64,000 nucleotides of DNA from Podarcis filfolensis (Eukaryota): NCBI GenBank assembly GCA_964270895.1, contig OZ185445.1; one strand, written 5' to 3'. Below are positions 15,126 to 26,661 of the stretch, one piece after another. The position numbers were made by a program, and so were the translations under genes. How positions within the stretch are numbered: position 1 is the stretch's first letter; the number at the start of each line of letters is the position of its first letter. The notes beneath the pieces were generated by a model that made no database searches, was not told the origin of the DNA, and saw only the letters and a list, made by a program, of their open reading frames with translations.

Positions 15126-15966
15126 TTAGGGATCAGGCCCCGTTTTCTTGAAGGGTCAGAATACGGGACCCGGCCTCACCTGCCAGCTTTATGGGATGCC
15201 TGCCGGGGTCAGCCCTGAAGCAGAGCCGCCATTCCAGGCAGCGTGCAGAGAGCAGCACTTACGGCGAACAGCTCCTTGCCAAACTCAGCAAGGATGTGTT
15301 CAGGGCCTGTGTTTCCAAACCAAAAGAGGCCGGGGGGGGGGGGGGGAGAATGCTTCATCGCAGGAGAAGAGCTCCTCGAGTGTGCTAGCTGCCCCTAGTA
15401 ACCAAAGCCAGAGTGGTGGGGCCTGATCCACGTAGGCTGAGCAAGCAGAGCCCTCCTCTCCTGTGAGCTTCCTTTCAACAAGGCCCGGCACCCGACCAGG
15501 CCGGCAATGCCTGCATTGTGTCGTGGTGGCGGCGTGTGGGGAGCCCTCCGTGGCCCCCGCCCCATCGCCCCTAAGAGTCAGGCCCTGGGCAGCACTTTCA
15601 AAGGACAGGCAAGGAGCAGGAGACTTGATGGAAACAGCAGCGCAAGAGCCGCTCGGTTCCGTCTCCTCAGGTGCTGCTGCTTTTCCTTTCAGCAGTCCCA
15701 CGTAGGTAATTAACTGCCCCCCCCCCGGCACACACCCCATTGTTCTTGTAATGGCTGTTCTGTGGGAGCAAGTTCAGCTCTCTTGGCTGCCTTTGAAAGT
15801 CTCCCCCTTTCATGCTATTTTGATCTCGCCTGTGCCGACGAGGGCGGACTTTCCACGCCAGCTTCGCTCTGAGACGGCTTTTGTGCTCCACGCAGAGCGC
15901 GAGGGGCACTCAGACCACAGACCAGGGCCTGCCAGAAGGGGGAGGCGAGCTCTCCGGCTCCCTTAC

Positions 15967-16041
15967 CAGCTCCTCGTCCTTGAGAGAAGTTCGGGTGGCC
16001 ATGGCTGAGGTAATTCCGGCCTTCCGGGACTGGACCAGCGA
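15967..16041 (-). CDS. UNC13B: UNC13B exon, 75 nt ([25 protein letters not shown])
   Basis: Acceptor ttttctttcccAG; donor CTG|GTAAGG; the peptide is the UNC13B-type version, not UNC13A. Confidence 0.97.
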
Positions 16042-17066
16042 CTGGGAAAGAAAAGCAGCCTCAGTTATTCTGCACCCTTGTGCTTCTTTCAAGAGCATCG
16101 TTCACAGCTCAAGGTGGTCCCTGCGCATGTTGCTGACCCCCAAGTCAGACGCCCTGAGCTCCTTGAAGGGAGGGCAGGAAGCCAAACTAATAGGAGCGCA
16201 ACAGATGAGAGGCTTCCGTGCTCCAGCAGCCTTGCCTGCTCTGCCATTCCCACCCCAAAGCCAGCTCCTCTGCCCCTGAGAGGAAGAAGGGCCCCGAAGG
16301 AGGTCACCCACTTGGCCCCCCAATTAGCTGCTCATCAAAGGGTCGCTAGTCGGCCCTTCCTCGTGTCACAGGCAGGGCACAGAAGGAAGGTCCAAGGGGG
16401 ATCACATAAAGGGATCCAACAGACCTACTGAATCCAGCCTCTTGCTTGGGAAAAAAGGCAAGATGTACCCAAAGCATCCCCAACAGTTAGATTTTTGCCC
16501 AACATTTTGAGGGCAGCCTTCAAGGAAGCTGGCATCTTCCATTGCAGGATATAGTTCGGACCTTCCTCCCAGGCTGTGGGTGGGGGAAACCAGCAATTCT
16601 CCTCCGTGCAAGAGAGACAACCGGGACCAGAAGGGGCAGGCACCACGCATGGAGGGTTGAGTAAGGGAGAAGTGGGCATGCATGTCTGGATCCGTCCGCA
16701 TGCCATGTTCGGCAGCCACTGACTGAAATGAGCTTGCCCACTGGCTGCTCCCACTGTCAAGTGCACAGGGGGCCAGGAGGCGGATCAGGGCCTCATCCAC
16801 GGAGCCCTCCAGCCACACTCAGGCAAGGTGATGATGCTCACTCTGAAGGTGGCCCAAGCCCCAAAAACTAGGGCCATTTCACAGCAAGACTGTGTGGGAT
16901 CCTTAAGGCCCTGATGGGCAAGGAAGGGAAATGTGGCAGAGTATCCCCATTGAGCAAGCTGCAGAAATAAACAAAAAAAGAGGGGGGGAGGGAACAGCCA
17001 CCAGAAAGGGAAATGCAACTAAATAGGTGGTTGTAGGAAGGAGTGTATGGTTGGATCTCCACTTAC

Positions 17067-17072
17067 CATCGC
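17067..17072 (-). CDS. UNC13B: 6-nt microexon GCGATG encoding Ala-Met, between ...LVSDL and SLVQSRK...
   Basis: ttctcttcctacAG|GCGATG|GTAAGT has a perfect donor and a good acceptor, is phase 0-0, and reproduces the 'AM' insert seen in Munc13-1 (LVSDLAMSLVQSRK). Confidence 0.88.
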
Positions 17073-18777
17073 CTGTAGGAAGAGAATGTCAGCATACAAG
17101 AGAAGCATAACAGGTTAATTCCATTAGTCCCCCCATCACTAAAGCTACAAACACATTGCCCAGGCTTCCTCTTTGCAAGGTTACAGATGCAATTCTCCAG
17201 TTAGCTATTATTCTTAATTAAGCAAGACTGATCTTGCTGCCAGTGCAGAAACTAAGTTCACTGCTTTCCTTTGCTTTTGCAGAAATGTTTAGGAAGTACT
17301 ACTCCCATCTCAGTGTCTAGAGGAATTGGTGACACTGGCCTTGGTCAATGCTACTGATAAGGAAGTGGAAGGACTCTTGTGCTCATCTAGTGTGTTCCTG
17401 AAATCTGTTGTTAAGTCTCAGTAATGTTAATCAAAACCTTTCTTGCTTTTAATTGTGCAGCTCTGAAAAACCATGGAAGCCTTATCACCAACCAGTGGCA
17501 TAGCGTGAGTTGCCAGAACCCAGGGCAAGGCAAGTATCCTTGGCACTGCCCACTGATAGGCTGGAAGAAAGGGGCAATAGGTCGGTGGCAGCAGCGATGT
17601 CCCGTGAGCGTCAAGCATGGCGAAGAACAGGACAGGGGATTGGTCGGGAACGGGTATCTTTCTAAAGCCCTTTAGGGGGCACCCTAGCAACCAGCTGCCA
17701 CCCAAATCCTCTCCTCAGTCCACCCTGTGAACTTTGGGAAATTTTCTGTGTGAGGGGGAGGGACTACGATTGATTGATTATTGCTACTTTCTCTTTTCTT
17801 CCTTTCAAAATTTTGCACCTTTAAGAATTTTGCACCCAGGCCAGCTGCCCCTGTGACCCTGCCCACCACACTATGCCACTGTAGCCAACCAAATGGCACG
17901 ATTCCTCTATATAAAGGAATCTCCACAACTCGTTTGCCATCCCCTTTTCACCAGTTCCCAATACAGGAGGCAAACACCCAAAGGAGCCTTTGTTCAGAAC
18001 AAGGCTCTTCCTGATGCCTAATTTTAAGCCTGCTGCATGTAGCCAATTCTCTTTCCAAATTTGTATCCCCCCCCCCTTAGAGCACCACCTGTGCCTTCAC
18101 CCACTGCCCATGACTCCGGCTTTGATGTTTTCTGGTGTGTTTTGAACAAAGATTTACATCGCCTTGATTTACTGACTCTGATAATCTCTCCACCGTCTTC
18201 CTCTGCCAAATGCAAGGCATGAAAGCTGGCTCTTCGGTCATGAGTGAGGCCTCTCTTCAAGAAATCAGTGTTGGATTGGGTGGAAGAGACAGAGCCCTCA
18301 TCTGGGCAAGAGACCATGTCATTTCCAAGTTGCATGTGGCACACAAGACCCTGGGAGGGCTAAATAAATGCTGAACGGCGGCAGCAGCATATAAAGCGAA
18401 ACAAGCAAGACTTGAAAAGAGGACAGTCTGCAAAATACATCCACACAGCAGAGAGAGGCAAACGCGACACTAACACATTTGTTTCAGAGTCTACAAAACA
18501 GAGGAAACGCTTGGGAAAAGTTTTGTCTCTTCCCTGCCTTCCTCCCTTTTAGTTTAGCTGGACTGAGGGCAGGAGGCTGCCATGCAGAGGCCTCTGGAGA
18601 AAACTTGCTCCATCAAGAAGCTGCAGCTTTTCAAATGAGAGTTTGCCAGGAATCCACATTATCCAGGTCTAACTCATCATAAGAGCCTTGTTCCTATAAC
18701 ATTTCTGCACTTGAAGGAAAAGCAGTAAATACCACTTCCATTATATTCATGGAGGGGAGATGGGGGGCAAGTCTCAC

Positions 18778-18856
18778 CAGGTCACTGACAAGTGGGGTGG
18801 GCTTCTTCTTGCGCAGGTCAGGCATGCTGTCGATGCCATAGAGACCCCCGGCTGGC
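18778..18856 (-). CDS. UNC13B: UNC13B exon, 79 nt, phase 2-0 ([26 protein letters not shown])
   Basis: Acceptor cctttgctttctAG; donor CTG|GTGAGA; near-identical to the mammalian UNC13B peptide. Confidence 0.96.
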
Positions 18857-20877
18857 CTAGAAAGCAAAGGGGGAAATGCATGAGGGCAAGCAGTGATGGC
18901 AAGCCACGAGTTATCATCTGTCAGCCAGGTGCTCTTGAGGGACCCACGTGAGGTCTCCTGCAGACTTAAGAATCACGCGGGCAATGCAGGATCTCGCCTC
19001 GGCCTGGAGAAACCAACACCTAAAAACACATCAGTTCAACAAGGCAAGAAATGCTCCACGCTACAAGGAATAACCATGACGTGACTGGATGCCGAGCGGC
19101 TTTTGTGCGGCTTTAAGTCTGTGAATTATTCCCGTCAGTTCAGGTTACACAGCACAGGCGCCCCTGACAGTTTTGAAATCAAGGGCGCCTTGCTCAAATC
19201 CATCCCATGTACAAATTAAATCAGGTTTTGTTCTCTTCTTTCCTCCAAAGAGGCATGGCAAGCAGCAATGGGGAAGGTGTCAGAATTCATCAGGCCATCA
19301 TGGCAGCACACTCTTTGAACTCCAAAGAGCCACAACAGGAAAGCTCTTCAGACGCCTGTAATCTACATTTTAAAAGAGAAAAGCACCTGCTCATCAGGAG
19401 AGCCAGCGAGGGGGAGAAGGAAGCCCTTCCCATCCCAGACCCCTCTCTCGGATGGGGGAGAAGATTACCTGTGGATCTGGGATGAGAGCCTTAGACAGGT
19501 TTGGGCTTCAAAATGATCTGATTCTAACCTGTGCCCTCCAAATGCTGTTGGGCTACAGTTTCCATCACCTCTGCCCATTGGGGCAGGAGAGCAGAAGGGT
19601 CTGGCTGCCCTACAGGCCCAATGCCTGCCTCCTTTCCCTCGGTGGCAAACTGATTTGGACCTCATCAGGGAATAGGCAGAGCTCGCATTTTGTGGCCCAA
19701 TCAGTATACAGAAGCACATGCACTACTTTAATGGCATTTGCCTAGTTTGGACAACTTCTTTTCGGACTCCTCACAGCCCCGTTTCCTTCCTTCCTCCCTG
19801 AGCCATACATGGCATCACCACCCCATGCAGATCACTTAGGAGCACGTTAAAAAGGCCCAATTCCGTCACACACCACCCTTCGGCAGTGAGGCAGGAGGAA
19901 ATTCTGGCAGGCAAGGGAAAAATGCAACCATTTCACTGCTCTGGAATCCATCTCTGCCGCCTCCCTGTTGCGCTGCAGGTGAACAATAACACGGAGTGAA
20001 GCTGTCAGCGAAACTTTAAATATTGCTGTACTAAGTTACATATATTTCACATTGAATAACTCCGGGGAGTGTGTTATCTGCACTGTGCTGGAAGTCTATT
20101 GCCCTCAGGAGAACGCTTGTCAGCTTTGATAATACCTTGTCACGCTGATGCGCACAGACGCTTGGTAAAACGTGAGCGGCAACGTTAGAGACGAGCGGAT
20201 GGGGATAATTGGCTTGTGCGCAACAAGCACATGGCTAATTATCTCTGCAAAGGCAGCATGGAAAGGGAACCTCAGACCCAAGCCAGGAAGCCTTCACCCA
20301 GAAGGGAGACAGGATTCGGGGCACAATACTGCCTCCCACTCAGCACAGCCCAATCCCCTGGATCCAGACACCCCCATAGGCTTCCTTCCTCGTCTCCCCT
20401 CAAGCTGGACGTCCTCCAGTCTCCCTGACCCCAGCTCCTTTCTTTCCCTCTCCAGCCGCCCTGCCTTGCTCCTGCCCTCCTGCCCTTTGCTTCGATTTCC
20501 ATTTGCTCAAGAGTTTTTACAGAAGGGGGGGGGGTAGAGAAGGAGGCCATGGCAAAGCTTATGGGGCCCAGACTTAGGGGGTTCTGCAGAGGGACAATGG
20601 AAGAGAGAAGTGGCCAGGCTAGTGGCCTTTGGGATCATGTGTCCACACCCCAAAGGCTCCATTTCTGTTATCTATGATGGCAACAGGTTAAGCAGAAAGC
20701 CAGAGAAGGTGCCTTAGGGAGCCAGTTCACACTAGCAAGTTAGTGCAAGTGGCCCCAGGAAAGAAAGGTTGGTCTCTTGCCAAGGACAGGAGGTGGTGGC
20801 GGCTCAAGCAAGCATGGAGCCTCAGCTTCAACTCTCTGTCTGACACCTTCCCTGCAGCCTCTTCTCCAAGGCACCAT

Positions 20878-21080
20878 AATAATAATATAATAATAATTTA
20901 TTATTTATACCCTGCCCAACTAGCTGGGCTTCCCCAGACACTCTGGGCGGCTTCCAACAAAATATTAAAATACCGTAATACATCAAACATTAAAAGCTTC
21001 CCTAAACAGGGCTGCCTTCAGATGTCTTCTAAAAGTCTGGTAGTTGTTGTTCTCTTTGACATGTGGTGGAAGGGCGTTCC
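20878..21080 (-). mobile_element. L2-type LINE 3' terminus with an (AAT)-rich tail
   Basis: ttattatttataccctgccc...ctctgggcggcttccaacaaaa...cagggctgccttcagatgtcttctaaaag...agggcgttcca, recalled as a common lacertid repeat end. Confidence 0.7.
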
Positions 21081-22831
21081 ATGACCCTCAATGACACTGC
21101 CCCCTGCAAGGCACACTTTTGGCCAGGATAACTGCCCAGGGCTGGCTGATGCTTCCGTTCAGCAAGGGGAGGGTGATGGGCTTTTGAGTTTTCCCCTAGT
21201 TACAGCTGGCATAGCTGGAGTGAAGCACGCTGGAGTACATCTGCCCCTCTTTCAAGGCAGCTGAGTGTGTGCAATTCACAAGCAGCTCATGTGAGGAGGC
21301 GCTTCGCACACCTGAAGAAACAAAAACAGTTCCCTTGCCGCCTCTGGGGTGATGGCCCACAAACCTCCCAGCACAGGGGGAGTTGCTAAGCAGCGCGGCA
21401 CATCTGCGGGTGTGACAGGAGGAGACGAAAGAAAGAAGCCAGCTCAGGAAAGAGGCTCATTGAAATTAAAGCCTCCCCTCGTTTAATTTCATGTTTGATT
21501 AGTTTTGCCTAATTCATTGTTTGGAAACCTGATTTATATGCAGGGAGAGAGGCAAGTCAGTCTCAGGCAGACGTTTCGGGGTGGAGCCTCCAGTGCCCCC
21601 CTGCTCAGTCCCGCCGGCTGCAACAGCACACCAGCCCTCGGAGGGAGCAGAATTCAAATATTACAGATCAAAGCCATATGGCTCTCATCAAACACACGAA
21701 CACATTTAAAATCAAACAGCATGTAAAATGGTGCCTTCCCGTCTTTCTCCTGGCAAGCCTTCAGTTCCTAATGGGGGAAGGCGCAAGAGCAGGTGCAGAG
21801 ACACCCAGGAGGAGCAGGAGGAGGAGGGAGATCACACCAACTTCACCGGCTGCCCTCAAAAGGTCCTTTGCAGGGCAGGCGAGAAGCTCCAGGCCAACCC
21901 CTTAAGAGAGAAGCTGAGGGGGCTGCAGCCGAAAGAGGCACAAGTAGGGCTCACCACCGTCCCTGCCCTGGCCTGCCCTCCAACTCCAAGGGAAGCAAAA
22001 ACGGGGTCTGCCAATTCACATCTGCCCACATTTCCCAATGCAGCCACAACCTCGACAAGTGGTTGTGTGCACAGGAACCTTATTTTGCCACATTTCCTTC
22101 ACGGAAGCGATAATCCATATGAGCCGTCTATGGTGGGCGAAACCCTCTCTTGCCTCTCTTGCGCAGGGAGGAAAGGAGTCTTCCATAACCCAGTGACTCA
22201 AGGCAGAGGCTGTCCTCTTGGCACAAAGGGGGGCAGATGAGAAAGGACTTTCTCACGCAGTGCACAGGTCTCTCTTGGGGTACTTCTGAAAGGAACAGCC
22301 TCTATGCAGCCTGAGAAAAGCAAAGGGGACCAGGCTCCCACCACTACTGCTGGGAACCTCAAGGATTTTTTTGGGTGGGGGGTTCAGCTGCATGGCTCAG
22401 GGAGCAACCTGCAAGCCTGCTGCACTGCTCAGGGGACTCAGCTACATAGGTAGGACATGGTGGGCTTGGGCTGGGTTTGATGCTTCGAAGGGCTGCAAGC
22501 AGGGGGGGTGTGAGGCTCAGAGAGGGGCTTGGCGGCAGGGAGCTCTGGGAGCAGGACCAGATGGGGGGAGAACCAGCCAGAGAGGTGGGGGGGTGCAGCG
22601 GAGTTAAGAGTTGGGGGGGGACTAAAGTTTGATCAGAGGAGGCCCCCTGAAATGAAGGGATCTAACTTAGTGTCTGCCTCCCTCCCTGAGTAATTGAAGC
22701 TCATGCACTAACACAGAGACTCTGAGAGGCTTGTGTGCCATTATTACTTATTAAATTACTATACTGCCCTTCATCCGAGGATCATAGGGCAATTTGCAAT
22801 ATAAAAACAGAAGTTGTCAAAGGCCACTTAC

Positions 22832-22878
22832 CCTCCTTTGAACCACGGTGACTTGGACGGATCGCCATCATCCGGACC
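22832..22878 (-). CDS. UNC13B: UNC13B shared exon, 47 nt, phase 0-2 (GPDDGDPSKSPWFKGG)
   Basis: Acceptor after a (CT)-rich tract ending tttaAG; donor GG|GTAAGT; homologous to mammalian IPDDGDPSLPQWLPEG. Confidence 0.92.
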
Positions 22879-25309
22879 CTTAAATGTTTTTTTAAGAGAG
22901 AGAGAAGGAGAGAGAGAGAGAGAAGAATTAATTGTGCTGAGCAAAGTTCCAGCCAGCTGCAGAGTTCAAAATCAGGGAGGACGTTTCATGCACGAAAATG
23001 CACACAAAGCGCTTCATGTTCATTAGCACCTCAGAGGACGGCAGGGAGGCTGTGCTGCCCAGTGGTGTGGACACGGCAGCACACACAGGAGAGGGGCCAA
23101 AAGAGCCTGTTCAGTGCAATGTGCTTTTGAGGGGGAATCAACCCACAAACATTTCTTTAAAAAAAACAAAACCCCAAGAGTTTGGCAAGAGCAGATCCTA
23201 CGAGTTTGATTTGAATCTGTGAAGTCCTAATGTTGCTGAGAACATTTCCAAAATACTTATTCATTGAGAGCACACAAACAAACAGAACAAACGGACGTAA
23301 GGCTACGGACACTGGAATTGAGTCACGCATCTGCCTTCCCTTCGGCCCCTCTGAAACCAGGGGAAAGTGTCTGGTCTCACACTGCTTTTCAATCCCTAAG
23401 CCAGGAAACAGCCGGGGAGGGCACTTCTGTGAGGTGCCAGAGGAGCCTGCCAGCTGTTCCTGGCACCTGCACCACCAAGGAGCTGCAGCAGCAGCAGCAA
23501 CCATTTAGTAGCAGCCTGTTTCCTGGAAGAACAAATACATGCTAGACAAATTCCTGAAAAGCAGCCATCCTTGCCTAGAGAGCACAAGGGAACAAAAGGC
23601 TCATGCAGGCAGCAGCATCCAATTCCCCAGCCTGAAGAGAGCACAAGAGAGAGGGCTCTGCCACCTCCATGGCTGGCGTCCAAGGCTCTCGACACGAGCA
23701 GCCCCACAGTCTGTGCAGGAAGCTGCCAACAGGATGAGCCCCAGAATGAGCACCGAGAGGAGGCAGGCTAATTCAATAGGAAGCCACTTATTCCAAGGTC
23801 CACAGCACTGTTGGAACCAGAGCAGCCAAGCAGTGGAACAGAAGCAGGCAAACAGTGAATGGTGAAAGGAGGAGCCCCTTTTGGTCAATTGCTCCCTTGT
23901 TCTTGGCCCCCTCAGTAGCCAACTGCCAAGTTTCTGCTAACTGCGCCAAGGAAGGCAACTGGCCCTTTGAATGAGGAGTTGGAGGGCAATTTCCACCCAG
24001 ACCCCTCCCTGGGAATCCGTGGCTGCCCAGGACTAACTCTCAGAGGAATTCCTATAAGAGCAAAGGTGGAGGAATCAACAGGAAAGCTGCCTGCGCCAAG
24101 CAAGTCACAGATCAATCATGTGGCATTCAAGAAATCCACTCATGTGAAGGCACGGCGCCAGTGCTAGCAGAGATGACGTGGCCACTTTGACTCACTCCTG
24201 TGACACACGAGAAGGGCAGCACAAGTGCTGGCTCACTCCTGTCGTGCTTCTGAACTAGCTGCAGGCATCTGCAAGAACAGGATGGTGGCCCAGACAGACC
24301 TCGGGTCTGATCCAGCTGCAGGTCTCCTCTGAGGTGCCTGGGCTTAAGTCTGCTGGCTTTGTGCAAGGATGCAGTCAGATTAAAGCGACAGAACATGTAT
24401 TTGGAGTCCAGATCGGCAGTCGAATGAAGCAAGCCCACTTGGGGAAGCACTATTTAGACAAACATAAGCAAAGGCCTCTGGATGCACAGCCTTCTCACCC
24501 TGGAACTTGTGCATGGAGACTATCAAATCTTAAACCAAAATGTCAAATGCATGATCTCGCTAAGAAACATGTAGACAAACCTCAATTAGAAACCTGCTTT
24601 GCTTTTTACAGAACGTTGCTCTTGGGCTTCATCCCTCTGGTGTCTGACTTCTGAATAAAATGGCTAGAAATGGACAATGAGTCTTTTGAGTTCAAGGAAG
24701 CACAAGGATAAAGCCCTTGTTGCTTGTAGCCTGCAGACCCCTAAAGACCATTTCTGCCCATCAGTTTGCACAGTTTGCACAATTGCAAAACAATTTTGCC
24801 CAGAAGCACCAGAAGAAATGGTGGCTCTGCCAATCCTTAGAATTAGAAGTAAGTCTTCTGCCAAAGTGACAAACACAAAATAATATTTATATTTTAAGTA
24901 CTGCTGCCCAAGAGGTAAGAGTTGAGCCTCTGTGACCCACAGATACACACACACACTCCAGGTAACCTTCCCACGCCACACAGTACATTTATCCTCTGCT
25001 GGGACTGGGAAGGAACTGCGTGCGCACAGCAGACATGGATTTGCAACATCAACAAGGTGTTAAGTAGGAATGTTTTCTTCCTTTATAAAAGCTACCTGCA
25101 CTGAACAGACTCCTCTCAGTTCATACACAAGATCAGGAATTCCTCCCAAGACTGTCGCATGCTGAACTTGCCAAGAGACTTGGCGGGGGGGGGGGAATAC
25201 TTCAGGGGTCAGCCAAACAGCCAAGTGACAATTCCACAGGGCATGCACAAATAACACACTGGAGTGTCAAAAGTAGGAGATACACTGGTTAGAATGAACA
25301 GTATATAAC

Positions 25310-25332
25310 CTGAAGTTCTCCTCTACTTCCTT
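25310..25332 (-). CDS. UNC13B: 23-nt microexon, phase 1-0, encoding (E)GSRGELQ; joins the bMunc13-2 exon to the shared exons
   Basis: Branch-like ttaac, a long pyrimidine tract (ctctcctttcctctcctttgtgtccccccacccctttctcctttgcAG), exon AAGGAAGTAGAGGAGAACTTCAG, donor GTTATA. It restores frame exactly and resembles rodent EGKREALQ. Confidence 0.85.
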
Positions 25333-26640
25333 CTGCAAAGGAGAAAGGGGTGGGGGGACACAAAGGAGAGGAAAGGAGAGTCACACAGTTAACACGGAAA
25401 AATTATGCTGTTGACCAAGTTTGGAAAATGAAGCAAAGCAGTGCAGAGATGTAAAATTTCTGTATCACCCCCAAAATCCCTAGTAGGAAAGGTCCATTTA
25501 GCTTGAAAAACATAGGCTCAACTTTGTACACTGAAGGTGCTGGAAGGTTGGGGTGGTTATGTTTTTAAAATTAATTTCTGTTGCAGTTTCAATGAAACAC
25601 TCAGATTTCATTTTCTTCTTAGCATCAACAACATATTGTGGGCACAGAATCTTAATGACAAGTAAACCTTTTAATTAGCATAGCATAGTCACACCTGCCT
25701 CGAAATCCACAACAGTACCAGGAACCTAAAAAAATCTTGACTCACTTAAGAAGTCATGTCCCCTCTCCTTAATGATGACCCACAAAGCTCCAGGGATCCC
25801 GAGAGTAGGCTGGCTCCCACATCCTCCTGAGAGGATGTCTTTGAGCCTGCGGCAAAAGGGTCCAGGGAAGCTGTGGTGACACAACATTCAGATAACTTTT
25901 TGTTCCATAAGGAAGGGAAAAGCCAAATGCTTCTGTTACAAAACTGCGGCACTGTCCCAGAAGCTAATACTTTTAACGAAGAAGGTTGGATAAAACACCA
26001 CACACTGATTTATCACGTCTAAATAACAAATCCATCAAATGCTATTGAAGCCTTCTCTGAACATTTTAAAAAAAAAAAAAATGCTGTGAGGTCTTGTCCC
26101 TCAGGACAAGCAAGCTAGCAGGGAAATGGATATACAGCTTTTTAGCAAACCCTTCAATTCAAAACACTCCACCTTGTGTATAAAAAAATGTTATGAAGGT
26201 TATTAGTGGTTCTTGGAACATTTGTTACACCAAAGGAGTCCAATGAAAGGCCAATGAGTGGCACAGGCAGGGGGGTCTTTCTCTCCCTCCCTCCCTCCCC
26301 ACTTGACGCACTCTTAAGGCTCAGGCAGACTTCCTCTTGCGCTGCGTTTCTGGGCCCAGGTCTGCACTTTAAAGCTCCATGTCTGAGCAGTTTCGTTTTC
26401 TCTTCCCTGCTGCTTTCACAGGTAGAGCCCACGTTTTACCACTGAATGAAGCAAACCACAATTGGGTTCCCCGCAGATTGCTATTTGCTCCGATTCAGCA
26501 GTAAAATGCGGGTTTTTACCGGGGAGGCGCCAGGACAAAACAAACAAAATGCTTGGACATGGAGTTTAAAGCCTGGAAAGTGTGGTGCAAAATGAAGTCT
26601 GGATGAGTGTTCCTGGCAGCTCAGTAGGCAAAGCCCTCAA

Positions 26641-26661
26641 TTCAGCACCTTGGACAGCAGC
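26641..26661 (+). promoter_or_regulatory. RE1/NRSE (REST-binding) motif
   Basis: TTCAGCACCTTGGACAGCAGC matches consensus TTCAGCACCnnGGACAGCGCC, with both half-sites and the 2-bp spacer intact. Confidence 0.75.

Noticed and set aside
19370-19490. Segments resembling the PDD...PQWLPEG exon (ALIPDPQ; PSPPRWLS)
   Set aside because: One has the wrong phase and the other an in-frame stop. The real exon is at 22832-22878.
24196-24197. Apparent 2-nt exon (cacAG|GA|GTGAGT) that would also bridge phase 1 to 0 for bMunc13-2
   Set aside because: The 23-nt exon at 25310-25332 solves the phase problem, has a much stronger acceptor and matches the rodent peptide. A 2-nt exon is far less plausible.
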